A DNA stretch of 64,000 nucleotides from Candidatus Obscuribacterales bacterium (GCA_965228855.1 CBDDIJ010000003.1:576001-640000); one strand, 5' to 3'; positions 20,874 through 30,759 are shown, numbered from the stretch's first letter. Numbers and translations are program-made. The notes: generated from the letters alone by a model not told the origin.

Positions 20874-21608
20874 TTAGTATCCGCGGGTTTCCGGACCGCC
20901 GATGTAATGGAGTAGCATGTCCTCCCAGTACGGCCAGTCGTGAGCAAAACCATCCCATTCACGGAAGGCGTGCCAGATGTTTTTGTCCCAGAGCACCTGC
21001 GAGAAGGCGGCGTTGTTCCAGTAAGCCGAGTCGTCTCTGCCGATTGGGAAGATAAGGTCCAGATTCCGGACCTTGGCAAGATGGTCCGGCGCGTCGCCCA
21101 TACAACGGACCAACTCGATGGGGTTGCTCTGGTGGATAGCGTCGTCATATTGACCGTCCGACCATTTGCTGACGTCATAGATGCCGCTCATCCCGAGCGC
21201 CCGACCGAAGTGCTCGGGATAACGCAATGCGATGTTGAGCGCATGATAGGCACCGAAGCTCGCTCCGGTAGCAATCGCAAACGGATTGTCGTTTCTCGAG
21301 CGAGTAAAGGGCATCACTTCGTCGATGATGTAGCTGTGGTACTGGAGATGTCTGTGTGCGCGCCACTTCGGGCTGGCGCCGTAGTTGTACCAGCTCTCGT
21401 TGTCAACGCTGTCGACGCAGAATACCTGCAACCAGCCGTTTTCAATGTGACGAGAAAGAACGTTAATCAAGCCACGGTTTTCCCAGTCGAAAAACCGACC
21501 CATCGAGGTCGGGAAAACAATGACGCGCGCGCCGTGATGACCAAAGGTCAGCAACTCCATATCTCTACCGAGACTGGGGCTGTGCCACTTGTGATACTCT
21601 CTATTCAT
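20874..21608 (-). CDS. Putative esterase (alpha/beta hydrolase, COG4947-like)
   Basis: W.SPSLGRDMELL.FGH.G..VIVFPTS.GRF, GASFG elbow, HDWPYW. Confidence 0.88.
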   Translation of the reverse strand: MNREYHKWHSPSLGRDMELLTFGHHGARVIVFPTSMGRFFDWENRGLINVLSRHIENGWLQVFCVDSVDNESWYNYGASPKWRAHRHLQYHSYIIDEVMPFTRSRNDNPFAIATGASFGAYHALNIALRYPEHFGRALGMSGIYDVSKWSDGQYDDAIHQSNPIELVRCMGDAPDHLAKVRNLDLIFPIGRDDSAYWNNAAFSQVLWDKNIWHAFREWDGFAHDWPYWEDMLLHYIGGPETRGY

Positions 21609-21853
21609 ACTTTCACTTCCAGTGTTTCTGCGTTAAAAAAAAAGACGCGCCCTATCAGGGAGACGCGCGAACAAATCGGGCAGATTGTAGCATGGGCGAC
21701 ATAATGCCGCAGTTGAAAACCACAATTATTTCCCTCGTAAAAAGTCGTATTTCGACAGTCAAGACCTTTAAGTCGGTAATCGCGCCTGTGATTCCTGATG
21801 CGAAAAACAGACGGCGCTCTTCTGCACCACCCCTGGTTACACATATTGCGAGC

Positions 21854-24631
21854 TTGATTTCATTGAGAAAGAAACCTGGAATCTTCCTACTTACTTCGCT
21901 TTTGCTGTCTATCGGCGGGACCGCTTATGGGCAAGAAAGTTTGTTTGACACCATGTACGATGCCGGCGCTCAGGCGCTTCTGGACAGGCATTACGCTGAG
22001 TCCGAGAAGAAACTGAAAGCGGCTTTGCGTGAATCAGAAACATTCCAAGCCGGAGATGTCCGGTTGAAGCGGGCGCTCAAGGCGCTTGCCGAGACATATG
22101 ACGAGGAACGCAAGTTCAGCTTGTCGGAGCCCCTGTATCGGCGAATACTCGAGGGCGACGAGAAATCCGGATCCGCCGGTGGGCTTGACCTGGCTGCGGA
22201 CAACACCAAGCTCGCCTCCAATTTGCAGAGTCAAGGAAGGTATGAAGACTCAATTCCATTGTTCCTTAAAGCAGTTGAGCTTTTTCGGAGCGCAGAAAAG
22301 AGTGCAGCTGCAGCACAAAACAGCACAGAGAGTCTGACCTGGCCGGGTGAAACAGAGAGCGTCGCTTTGCTGCAGTTGTCGTCAGCCTACTCCGAGTTGG
22401 GTAAATCCGCTGATGCCGAAAAATACTTGCGCGAAGCACTATCAGTTTCCGAAGCAGCGAGAGACCCGCTTTCTATCGGTCGTTCGCTTGACGCGCTGGG
22501 GCGGAATTTTATCTCACAAGGACGCTATGATGAAGCCGAAGCTGTTCTGAATCGATCGATCAAGGAGAAAAAGGTTGTAGGCGAAGCTGCGGTCCGTCGG
22601 CTTGAAACCTCAACTTCGCTTCTTCTATTCGCGCGACTGTTTGATGCGCAAGGAAAGATTGAGGATGCTCTGGCAATGATCGAAACAGCATTTCAGATGC
22701 GCAAAAGTAGTTTGCCGGAAAACGATCCGCGCGTCTATGAGCCGATGTTGTTGCGTGCGTCAATTTATCGGGATTTGAACTGTTATAAGGAAGCGGTTGA
22801 GGAACTCGAAAAGGGTCGTGATCTGGTTGAGAAGGCTTTTGGTGACGAGAGCCCTCGCTATGCCGAATTCCTCCGCGACCTCTCCGCCGATCTGGTTTCC
22901 TCTTCTCAATACGCCAAAGCCGAGCCGTTGTTGCGTAAGGCGCTGACCATTGATGAGTCCACCTTCGGAAAGGATTCTGGAGAAGTATCTCTGGACTTGA
23001 ACGCACTTGGTATGTTTTACATCTATCAAGGAAAATACGCAGAAGCTGAACCGGTTTACAAACGCTCGCTGGCTATTACGGAAAAGCGTTTTGGCCCTGA
23101 ACACAACGATACCGCAGCGGCTTTGAACAACCTCGCCTGGTTGTATGTTAATCAGCGAAAGTTTGCAGACGCACGGCCGTTGATTGAACGAGGTTTAGCG
23201 ATTCGGAAGAAGGTGCTTGGAGAAGAGCATCCGGTCTATGCTCGCAACTTGCACAACCTTGCCAATGTCGCGTTGGAGGAACGGAAGTTCGAAGAGGCAC
23301 AGCAACTGCTCGAGAAAACGCTCAAGATCCAGAAAGCCGTGCTCGGCACCAAGCACCAGGACACAATCGCGACTATGCGAGATCTTGCGGAGTTGTTTCA
23401 TCAAAACAAGAAGTACTCTGAAGCGGAAGATTTGTATCGAGCTGTTCTCAAATACGACGAAGTTAGTGACGATACAGACCGAGCGCTTGTTGCCGCCGAT
23501 CTGGAGAACATTAGTCGCAGCTTGATCGAGCAATCGCGCGGTGATGAGGCGAAGGTGTTCATCGACAAAGCGCGGGAAATCAAGGCTCAATTGCCGGGCT
23601 TCAACAACGGTAGCGAGGGGCACGCTATTTCATTAGGCGCTTTGAAGCATGATGCGAACGTGCCACTAAAGGCAGTGGCTGACAAATGGGCGCTTGTCGT
23701 CGGTATAAGCAACTTCAAAGACCCATCAATCAATCTCAGATTCGCGGCGAAAGACGCTGTGGACTTCCGTAACTACCTGATTTTCGAAGCGAATTTTAAG
23801 CCAGATCATGTAAAATTACTTACCGATCAAAACGCTTCGCGCGACAACATCGTTGCTCACCTCGGCGACAAATGGTTGCGCCGAGTTTCGCGACCTGATG
23901 ACCTTGTGGTAGTTTACGTCTCGTCGCATGGAACCTCGGCACGTAAAGAAATAGGCGACGCTAATTTTATCGTCGCTTATGAAACCAACATGAGCAACGC
24001 TGTTCTTAGCGGAATTCCGATGCAGTTTTTTACCACCGGCATCAAAGATCTGATCGACTGTGAGCGAGTGGTGATAATCATGGATGTCTGTCACGGAGGG
24101 GCCCTTCGACAGAAATCATTAGAATCTGTGATAGCGGACAGTCGCCAGAGCTCTGCTAAACCTAAACAGTCAGACGAAATTGCTGCGGCCGAAAAAGCTA
24201 AGCTTGAGAAACTTCATCCCGGCAGCAAAGCCCTCGTGCGTAATCCCAACATGACAATTAGCACCGCTGGTAGTGGCGACGGTCTTAAAATCGGTAGAGG
24301 GCAAATCATTCTTGCTTCCAGTGAATCAGACCAGGTTTCCTGGGAATCGAAGACATACGCCAACGGAGTGTTTACCCGGCAGTTAATCGAGAGCTTACGA
24401 ACCAAAGGGGAAAACACTTCGATCCAGCAGGCTTATCGATTGATGCGTGGACGAGTCGAACAGGAAGTCCTGAGAACGCGGGCCGAAATCCAGACTCCCG
24501 TTATGGTTCAAAATTCATGGCATGGAGGAGACGTTTTCCTCTCTGTGAAACCGGCTGCACCGAGAGTGGTGGATGGTGCTCAACATTCGCCGCTACCTGC
24601 TAAAACCGGAGCAAATCAAAAATCAAAATAG
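21854..24631 (+). CDS. TPR-repeat protein with C-terminal caspase-like (C14) peptidase domain, probably exported
   Basis: Signal-like RKKPGIFLLTSLLLSIGGTAYG; many kinesin-light-chain-type TPRs (AEPLLRKAL, LNNLA); KWALVVGIS, SSHG (His) and DVCHGG (Cys) dyad. Start uncertain: the ORF is open from 21692 and TTG 21854/21863 are more plausible. Confidence 0.88.
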   Translation: MISLRKKPGIFLLTSLLLSIGGTAYGQESLFDTMYDAGAQALLDRHYAESEKKLKAALRESETFQAGDVRLKRALKALAETYDEERKFSLSEPLYRRILEGDEKSGSAGGLDLAADNTKLASNLQSQGRYEDSIPLFLKAVELFRSAEKSAAAAQNSTESLTWPGETESVALLQLSSAYSELGKSADAEKYLREALSVSEAARDPLSIGRSLDALGRNFISQGRYDEAEAVLNRSIKEKKVVGEAAVRRLETSTSLLLFARLFDAQGKIEDALAMIETAFQMRKSSLPENDPRVYEPMLLRASIYRDLNCYKEAVEELEKGRDLVEKAFGDESPRYAEFLRDLSADLVSSSQYAKAEPLLRKALTIDESTFGKDSGEVSLDLNALGMFYIYQGKYAEAEPVYKRSLAITEKRFGPEHNDTAAALNNLAWLYVNQRKFADARPLIERGLAIRKKVLGEEHPVYARNLHNLANVALEERKFEEAQQLLEKTLKIQKAVLGTKHQDTIATMRDLAELFHQNKKYSEAEDLYRAVLKYDEVSDDTDRALVAADLENISRSLIEQSRGDEAKVFIDKAREIKAQLPGFNNGSEGHAISLGALKHDANVPLKAVADKWALVVGISNFKDPSINLRFAAKDAVDFRNYLIFEANFKPDHVKLLTDQNASRDNIVAHLGDKWLRRVSRPDDLVVVYVSSHGTSARKEIGDANFIVAYETNMSNAVLSGIPMQFFTTGIKDLIDCERVVIIMDVCHGGALRQKSLESVIADSRQSSAKPKQSDEIAAAEKAKLEKLHPGSKALVRNPNMTISTAGSGDGLKIGRGQIILASSESDQVSWESKTYANGVFTRQLIESLRTKGENTSIQQAYRLMRGRVEQEVLRTRAEIQTPVMVQNSWHGGDVFLSVKPAAPRVVDGAQHSPLPAKTGANQKSK

Positions 24632-24698
24632 ATTAGACAATCGAGCTTGTTAAGTGCCATCGGACTCTATAATGATCGGGGACTCGAAAGGAGCAATT

Positions 24699-25796
24699 AT
24701 GTTCGGCAGGAAAAAAGTGTTGAATTGCACATTTGCCGTGGCTGCTGTCACGGCTATCTCTGTTTCCCAATTCCAACAGGATAAGGCGAACGCAGAAGTT
24801 CTAAACCTCGACGAAGAGCCTATGATGATCTCGTTTCACAAGGAACAGGGTGGCGGACCTAAAATTGCAAGAAAGAACTCCGATAAGGAGGCGAGCGCTG
24901 ACGGGACAGACAAAGCAGATGGTAGCGGTGCCTCTTCGACCCGCGCTGCTCGTGAAACAACCGGTGTGAAAGTCGAACTCGTCGATGGCATGCCGCCCTT
25001 CCTATTCTGGTCTTCGACGGCGGAGTCACCCAAAGGAATGGTGCTTTGTCTTCATGAACTCGGTATGCATAGTGGAGTGTTCGAGGACCTCGCCAAGAAA
25101 CTGCGCGAAAACGGCTATGGTGTTTATTCAATGGATCTTCGCGGCTTTGGTGGGTGGAGCAACAAGGGCTCTGAAGGGCAGATGAATCTGAAGAACACGC
25201 TCGCCGATGTGAAAAGTGCATCGGAAGCGATTAAGAAAAAGCATCCGGGCAGTAAAGTGTTTTTGCTTGGCGAAGCGATGGGCGGCGCGCTGGCCCTGGA
25301 AGCAGCGAGCAAATATCCTGATACTATATCCGGTGCCATCTCATCAGCTCCGGGTGGCGAGCATTTCAATACGTTTCAAAACTACTCCTCGGTAGGGACC
25401 CGTTTCTTAACGGGTAACAAACGCTTCAACAAGGGCGAAGATTTAGTGAAAATCGCCACTCCGAAAAAGGAGCTGCAGGATGCATTGATCAACGACGCTA
25501 ACGTTAGATTGAACCTGGCACCAAAAGAACTTATGGCCTGTCAGTTCTACATGTATAAGACAAGGCAGTTTGCTAAAAAAATCAAGAGCTTGCCCATAAT
25601 GATCGTTCAGGGACAAAAGGATGGCGAATCGCGTCCGGCTGGGGCTAAGAAAATCTTTGACAGCCTCGCTACTGAAGACAAAGAGTTTCTCGCTCTAGAA
25701 AACGGCGACCATTACGTATACGAAGACATCAACGTCGACAACAAGGCGATGACGCAGACAATCGCGTGGCTCGATAAACACTCCGCTACCGACTAG
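24699..25796 (+). CDS. Exported lysophospholipase-like alpha/beta hydrolase with Ala at the nucleophile position
   Basis: AGGAG RBS; signal peptide; DLRGFG, GEAMGG in place of GxSMGG, GQKD, GDH. Confidence 0.85.
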   Translation: MFGRKKVLNCTFAVAAVTAISVSQFQQDKANAEVLNLDEEPMMISFHKEQGGGPKIARKNSDKEASADGTDKADGSGASSTRAARETTGVKVELVDGMPPFLFWSSTAESPKGMVLCLHELGMHSGVFEDLAKKLRENGYGVYSMDLRGFGGWSNKGSEGQMNLKNTLADVKSASEAIKKKHPGSKVFLLGEAMGGALALEAASKYPDTISGAISSAPGGEHFNTFQNYSSVGTRFLTGNKRFNKGEDLVKIATPKKELQDALINDANVRLNLAPKELMACQFYMYKTRQFAKKIKSLPIMIVQGQKDGESRPAGAKKIFDSLATEDKEFLALENGDHYVYEDINVDNKAMTQTIAWLDKHSATD

Positions 25797-26000
25797 TCTC
25801 TAGATCTTGCCCGGTTAGCTTGTGCCTTTTGTGGGGTTAACTTGTCTTACCTTGCTCGCTTCTATCCAGCGCGATTTTCGGCGCCTAGTGTTTACCCTAT
25901 TGTTAGCTTTCTTGTTCTGATTCAGGATGGACAGATAGACTTCGTCCATCGTCCGGCTAACGCTATGGTCGATCCGCCTGGAATAAATGGGTTTACTACT

Positions 26001-26909
26001 ATGAAAAACAATGTCTTCAATCAGTATTTGAGGTCGTTCGCATACTCTCTCTTCTTTACTGGAGCGATGTCGGCTCTCATTTGGATCACGGTGACCTATG
26101 GATCCTTCTCTGCGATGCCCATCGCAGCTGCGCTTTGTGCGGGCTTATATACTTGCCTCGCCTTACTCTCGGTCGTTAATTTGCTGCGCGGCAACAAGCT
26201 TTTTTCAGGTGCTTCCGCTGACGTCCTCAGCGTGTCAACCCAGAAAAAAATTCGGGTTGGTGGAATCCTTGTCGCGTTGCCGGCGCTTTTGTATTGTGCG
26301 ATTTTTGCTATACAGGTCAAAGCGTTTCAATTATCCGGAGATGCAGAGGGTCTGGAAAATTTCGGTGCATTCGAAAGATCTGTTTTCGGGAAGAGCGTCG
26401 TTTGCGACGTGGCTGGGCATGAGCACAAATGCTCGCTACCAGCTTATGAGCCGACTCCAGTAACTGTCGAAGCGGTCGAGCCGCCCGCTGAATCTAATCG
26501 CGATGTGGACTTCGGTCCGTACATGACCAATTTGCAGCGCCAGATTAAACGTGCGTGGTGCCCGCCTCGAAATGTTGAAACCAGTCGGTCTACCGTCATA
26601 TTTAAAGTTCACGCCAACGGAACCCTGTCTAACCTACGCTTGCTCCAGTCAAGTGGAATTGCACTGATAGACCAAGCCGCTCTGAAGGCCGTTCAGAACG
26701 CCGCTCCGTTTCATGTACTGCCTGAGGGCGCACCATCGGATGTCGACATACAATTTACCTTCGACTACAACAATTTCTCTCAGCCAAGCTCATCGCTCGG
26801 AGATCGTTTTTACGCTGATGGAGCCAGCTACGGAGACGCATTCTATTCGGATGGTTCCTATGTTAATACCGGATGGCAAACCGAGTCCGTTGAACCTTCG
26901 ACCTATTGA
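26001..26909 (+). CDS. Membrane protein with TonB C-terminal domain
   Basis: Three to four TM segments, then DFGPYM..LQR.IKRAW.PP, SSG....DQAAL.AV.NAAPF..LP.G....VDIQFTFDY. Confidence 0.85.
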   Translation: MKNNVFNQYLRSFAYSLFFTGAMSALIWITVTYGSFSAMPIAAALCAGLYTCLALLSVVNLLRGNKLFSGASADVLSVSTQKKIRVGGILVALPALLYCAIFAIQVKAFQLSGDAEGLENFGAFERSVFGKSVVCDVAGHEHKCSLPAYEPTPVTVEAVEPPAESNRDVDFGPYMTNLQRQIKRAWCPPRNVETSRSTVIFKVHANGTLSNLRLLQSSGIALIDQAALKAVQNAAPFHVLPEGAPSDVDIQFTFDYNNFSQPSSSLGDRFYADGASYGDAFYSDGSYVNTGWQTESVEPSTY

Positions 26910-28750
26910 TTCTTCTGCGTGCGCAGGCTGGAAGTCTTTTCAGGCTTCTTGCTGCCTTCGCCGAAGTAAGAATTCTTCAAGAGCATAGGCATATCATTCT
27001 CATGTGATTCACGCTCTAAGTCGACCTCAGATATGAGAACGGATGGAGTGACTATGCTGTTTCCCGTTCCTCCATAGCTGTTTGGAAAGGTTACCGCGTA
27101 TGCGTCGCTGTCGTCTCCGACAGCTTGAATATCGCGGAAGAGGCGATGAGACAATCGAGTGAAGTTGGCGCCGCGAACGAGTTCTTCTTTTCCGTCTTTG
27201 ACGCTCACCTTATAGAGAAGAGTTGGGGCAGTGATATGAATCTCGTTACCGTTGCCGAAGAAAAACGAGTTTCGGCCTGGAGTGATCGAGCCTAGAACGC
27301 CGGTAGAAATATGCCGGACGATATAGACGTGGTCTAGCGCTTCCTCTTTACCCAGCGCGATCAGTTGCTCCTTCAGTTTGGCCAGTGATTCGGTCTTGCT
27401 TGAGTTTATAAACAGTTGAGAAGTCGACGCACCACCGGCGATCCAATGTCCATTGCTCGCTTTGACTTCGCGACTGGGGGTACGTCCAGAACAAAAGGTT
27501 TTCAGATAGCCGTTTTCGACTAGCGTAACCTTCTGTGCTTTCACTCCTTCGTCATCAACGAGGTATCCGCCTTTCAGCTGTTTACCCTTGTATTCGCGCG
27601 CCAGTGGATCGTCGACGACCGAAAGAAATGTTGGCAAAATTCGCCTGCCGATTTTGTCGTTAGTCGTTTCGAATCGAGAACCGAATGCATTGATTGCTGT
27701 CGCCTTGTTGGTCAGTCTGGGAGCCAAGGCTTGAACGAAGAGTTCTGCGGCCGCCTGTTTTTCGAACAAGATCGGACCTCGATAATCTTCGATCGGTTTG
27801 GCATCAGTGAGTTCTTTCACCCTTTTAGCCAGGTCTTTTGCCTTCTCTTCAATTTCCTTTTGAGTCGGAAGCGCCTTTTCGTCGCGCGACGCGAAGACTT
27901 CAAAGTCAGAGACTCTCATGCCATCCGGTGCTTGACCGTTCGCGCTGATACCGAATACGATGCCTTGATGACCCTCTCTGTTGAGGGAACCTTCTGAGTT
28001 GGCGAACCATCTTGTTTTCGCTCTACTGAGAAACGCAACTGTAGAGTCGACCACCGCCGGATAATCTCGGAATACGCCCGAAATCTCTTTTACTGTTTTT
28101 CTCCAACCCTCGCGATCTATGTTGAGATCCTGAGACGGCTGCATGGAAATCACAGCGTCCACCTTCGTCATCGAATCAGGTAGGTCCTCTACCTTCTTTT
28201 GCTGCAGAATTGCTTTCTTATTGTCGAGTGATTCAATGGCGCGCTTATAACCGAAATCGCTATTCAGCCACAATTCGTGCCGTATAGCATCGTAGTTATC
28301 GTCGAGGCTGCAAGTTCCTCGACGTCCCATCATTCCGCCAATCCCACGATGACCGGAACTGTCCAGCTTATAATCTCCGATTCTCACATCGCTGGTCACA
28401 CTTCGGAATCTACTGTCGTTGACTTGATCAAGGGCACCGAAGCTTCCGTAAATGGTGAACGCCTGCATATCAGAACCATAATATGCGACGAAATAGGGCG
28501 ACTGTCTTCCCGGAATTTTCAACTCGTTAACCGAGCGCAGAAGTTCATCTTCCATCGCCCTGGACATAGTGTCATCTGCGTGTTTCGATGCGTCCTTTAT
28601 CGCCTCCTTAGGAGGCTCGACCGGTTTTGTAATAACCTCTTTAGTGCTTAATTCGTCCGATACCGGCTTAGAGGCTTCTGTTTGAGCTCTCACTGCTGAG
28701 CCCAAAACAATTGTATATGCAAGTGCAACTATATATGGTGCTAGTTTCAT
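26903..28750 (-). CDS. TldE/PmbA-like non-catalytic peptidase U62 subunit with signal peptide
   Basis: Y.GPILFE..AA, VDDEGV....VTLVENGYLK, SNGH; no HExxxH motif; ATGA overlap with the upstream tldD-like gene. Confidence 0.82.
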   Translation of the reverse strand: MKLAPYIVALAYTIVLGSAVRAQTEASKPVSDELSTKEVITKPVEPPKEAIKDASKHADDTMSRAMEDELLRSVNELKIPGRQSPYFVAYYGSDMQAFTIYGSFGALDQVNDSRFRSVTSDVRIGDYKLDSSGHRGIGGMMGRRGTCSLDDNYDAIRHELWLNSDFGYKRAIESLDNKKAILQQKKVEDLPDSMTKVDAVISMQPSQDLNIDREGWRKTVKEISGVFRDYPAVVDSTVAFLSRAKTRWFANSEGSLNREGHQGIVFGISANGQAPDGMRVSDFEVFASRDEKALPTQKEIEEKAKDLAKRVKELTDAKPIEDYRGPILFEKQAAAELFVQALAPRLTNKATAINAFGSRFETTNDKIGRRILPTFLSVVDDPLAREYKGKQLKGGYLVDDEGVKAQKVTLVENGYLKTFCSGRTPSREVKASNGHWIAGGASTSQLFINSSKTESLAKLKEQLIALGKEEALDHVYIVRHISTGVLGSITPGRNSFFFGNGNEIHITAPTLLYKVSVKDGKEELVRGANFTRLSHRLFRDIQAVGDDSDAYAVTFPNSYGGTGNSIVTPSVLISEVDLERESHENDMPMLLKNSYFGEGSKKPEKTSSLRTQKNQ

Positions 28751-30642
28751 TTGCGTTGTCCCTCGCTTTGCGGAGCGCGGTCCGCGAATGCAGGTGGTGG
28801 CAGAATTGGAGGTTTGTCTTGCTCTTTCCATTCCCGCGCCGTCTCAACCGTACGTACGAGCAAGCTAGGTGACGAAGCCGACACTGGAACCCAGCCCGAT
28901 TCTGCGCCGCAAACTCCACTGAATGTGTCAATGTCATCCGCCGCGCACAGAATAGTTTCCAGCGACGCAAGAGGTGTTCCAACCAAGTTTACACCGCGCA
29001 GGAGTTCATCAGGTTTTCCGTCTGCCCATACCTTGGTTACGCGCAGGGGCAGCAATTGAAATGACTGTGGCATAAACGCTTGTGTGAGTGCAAAACCGCC
29101 GGCTATATCGTCGAAGATCAGACCGTATGGTTTACCCTGACGCTTCGCTTCTTCCACGAGCATTCGTTTAAGTTCTTCAAACGGAACGGTTTTGTTCGAT
29201 TGAACTATCAGGTTACCCTGACGCGCTACAGGTTTGCTGCCAGGCTGACAGCGACTGTGACCGTTCGACCTGTTGAAGTTGACAATCGGACTGCGGCCCA
29301 TCAAAAAGTTTCTCAACGTGCCGTTTTCGACGATGGTGACGCGCTCCGCTGCAACACCTTCGTTGTCGAACTTGTAGTGTCCAACCAGCGGACGTTCGTT
29401 CATCTTTGACAGCGTCGGATCATCGAACACACTGATGAACTCTGGCATGATTTTCTGATTAACTTTCTTGGCGAATGTTCTACCTTCGTCTTCATCTTTC
29501 TGTCTATGTCCCTCGACCCGGTGACCAAGGACCTCGTGAAAAAATACTCCAGATGCGCGACCGCGCAGGATTGCCGGTCCAACATATGGTTCCGCAACTG
29601 GGGCTTTTCTCAGAGCGATAATCGACTGCGCTAGCGCGCGAATCTTCTTCTCGAGTAATGCGTCATCAGGTAAATCTTTCGGATCAAACACGTCGATACT
29701 ATCGTAGAGATAGAGAGTCATTCCGTCAGGTGCAATCGTGCTCACGCTCGTGGAGACTCTCGCCTGGCGGTCCTGAGTGCGGAGTTTAGTACCTTCGCTC
29801 GTCGTCACATAACGCTCGTCCAGGTCGATATCGAGTTGAACGTCGGAGTCTGTGATTTCCGGATATTCCTTATAGATTGCCGATAGTTTTCGCAACCGTT
29901 CCTTCCACAATGTCGTGTCCACTGTCGGTTTGAGAGAAGTCTCAAGTGATACCACGGGTGGTGCTGGTGAAAAGTCGGCGGATTGGTCCTCTTCGATGAC
30001 TTTGACGGTGCGATTTGCCTGAACCTGTATGAGATTCCTCTGCGCGCGCTTGAATGCATCATCGGTTACTAGCCAGAGAGCCGTTCTGATTGCGGGTTCA
30101 TCGTCATCCAGCGAGAATTCGACGGCACTGCGAGAATCCAGGAAATATCTTTCCATCGGCACGTCGAAGTTGCCGCGCAGTTTGTGGCTCGAATCGATTT
30201 CCATATTTCCAACTCGGGCTTCGACGTCAAGAATTCGCCGACGATTTTGCCCGTCTGCTTCGATAGCTCCATAGCTGGCGGTAAGGTTAACGTCTTCCGA
30301 GTCATATACGCGGTAGCTGAGGAAATACAGAGGTGCAGTTCCCATGGGCTTCAGCTTATCCATGCTTCTGTGCAATTCTTTGGTCATAGCGTCGAGGAGA
30401 ATGTCGCCTGTGACCGCACCTATCGCCGCATCTTGCCCTCGTTGCAGCGTGCTGGGCGCAGTCAACATTTTTGCGTTGCCGGAGACTGTTGCTGTCGAGG
30501 CTTGGGTTGTAAGCTGCGATGTAGATGTTTTCGACGCTGTGCCTGAGAATGTACCGGCAAGGGCTGCGGATGAGTTTAAGAGCGCTGCGAAGCTGACCAT
30601 TGACGAAAGCAGCGCTTTGTAACCGTATGATTTTTGAGACAT
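28747..30642 (-). CDS. TldD-like metallopeptidase (U62) with signal peptide
   Basis: GVFFHEVLGHRVEG metal-binding motif, FDNEGV, NGH.R, RQGNL, C-terminal CGAESGWVPVS. Confidence 0.88.
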   Translation of the reverse strand: MSQKSYGYKALLSSMVSFAALLNSSAALAGTFSGTASKTSTSQLTTQASTATVSGNAKMLTAPSTLQRGQDAAIGAVTGDILLDAMTKELHRSMDKLKPMGTAPLYFLSYRVYDSEDVNLTASYGAIEADGQNRRRILDVEARVGNMEIDSSHKLRGNFDVPMERYFLDSRSAVEFSLDDDEPAIRTALWLVTDDAFKRAQRNLIQVQANRTVKVIEEDQSADFSPAPPVVSLETSLKPTVDTTLWKERLRKLSAIYKEYPEITDSDVQLDIDLDERYVTTSEGTKLRTQDRQARVSTSVSTIAPDGMTLYLYDSIDVFDPKDLPDDALLEKKIRALAQSIIALRKAPVAEPYVGPAILRGRASGVFFHEVLGHRVEGHRQKDEDEGRTFAKKVNQKIMPEFISVFDDPTLSKMNERPLVGHYKFDNEGVAAERVTIVENGTLRNFLMGRSPIVNFNRSNGHSRCQPGSKPVARQGNLIVQSNKTVPFEELKRMLVEEAKRQGKPYGLIFDDIAGGFALTQAFMPQSFQLLPLRVTKVWADGKPDELLRGVNLVGTPLASLETILCAADDIDTFSGVCGAESGWVPVSASSPSLLVRTVETAREWKEQDKPPILPPPAFADRAPQSEGQRK

Positions 30643-30759
30643 TTTCCAGTTTCGAGAGCTATATGGATGGCATATGCTAACGAACTTTGCAACGACATAC
30701 AAGCATCAGCTGCCGTCGGAGGAAGAGCCGCGCTGACCGAGTTGCTTTTAAACGGGCGC

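Noticed and set aside
16980..21704. Long plus-strand ORFs (187, 143, 219, 183 and 254 aa) opposite the ligase operon
   Set aside because: Antisense shadows of well-supported genes, with no motifs of their own.
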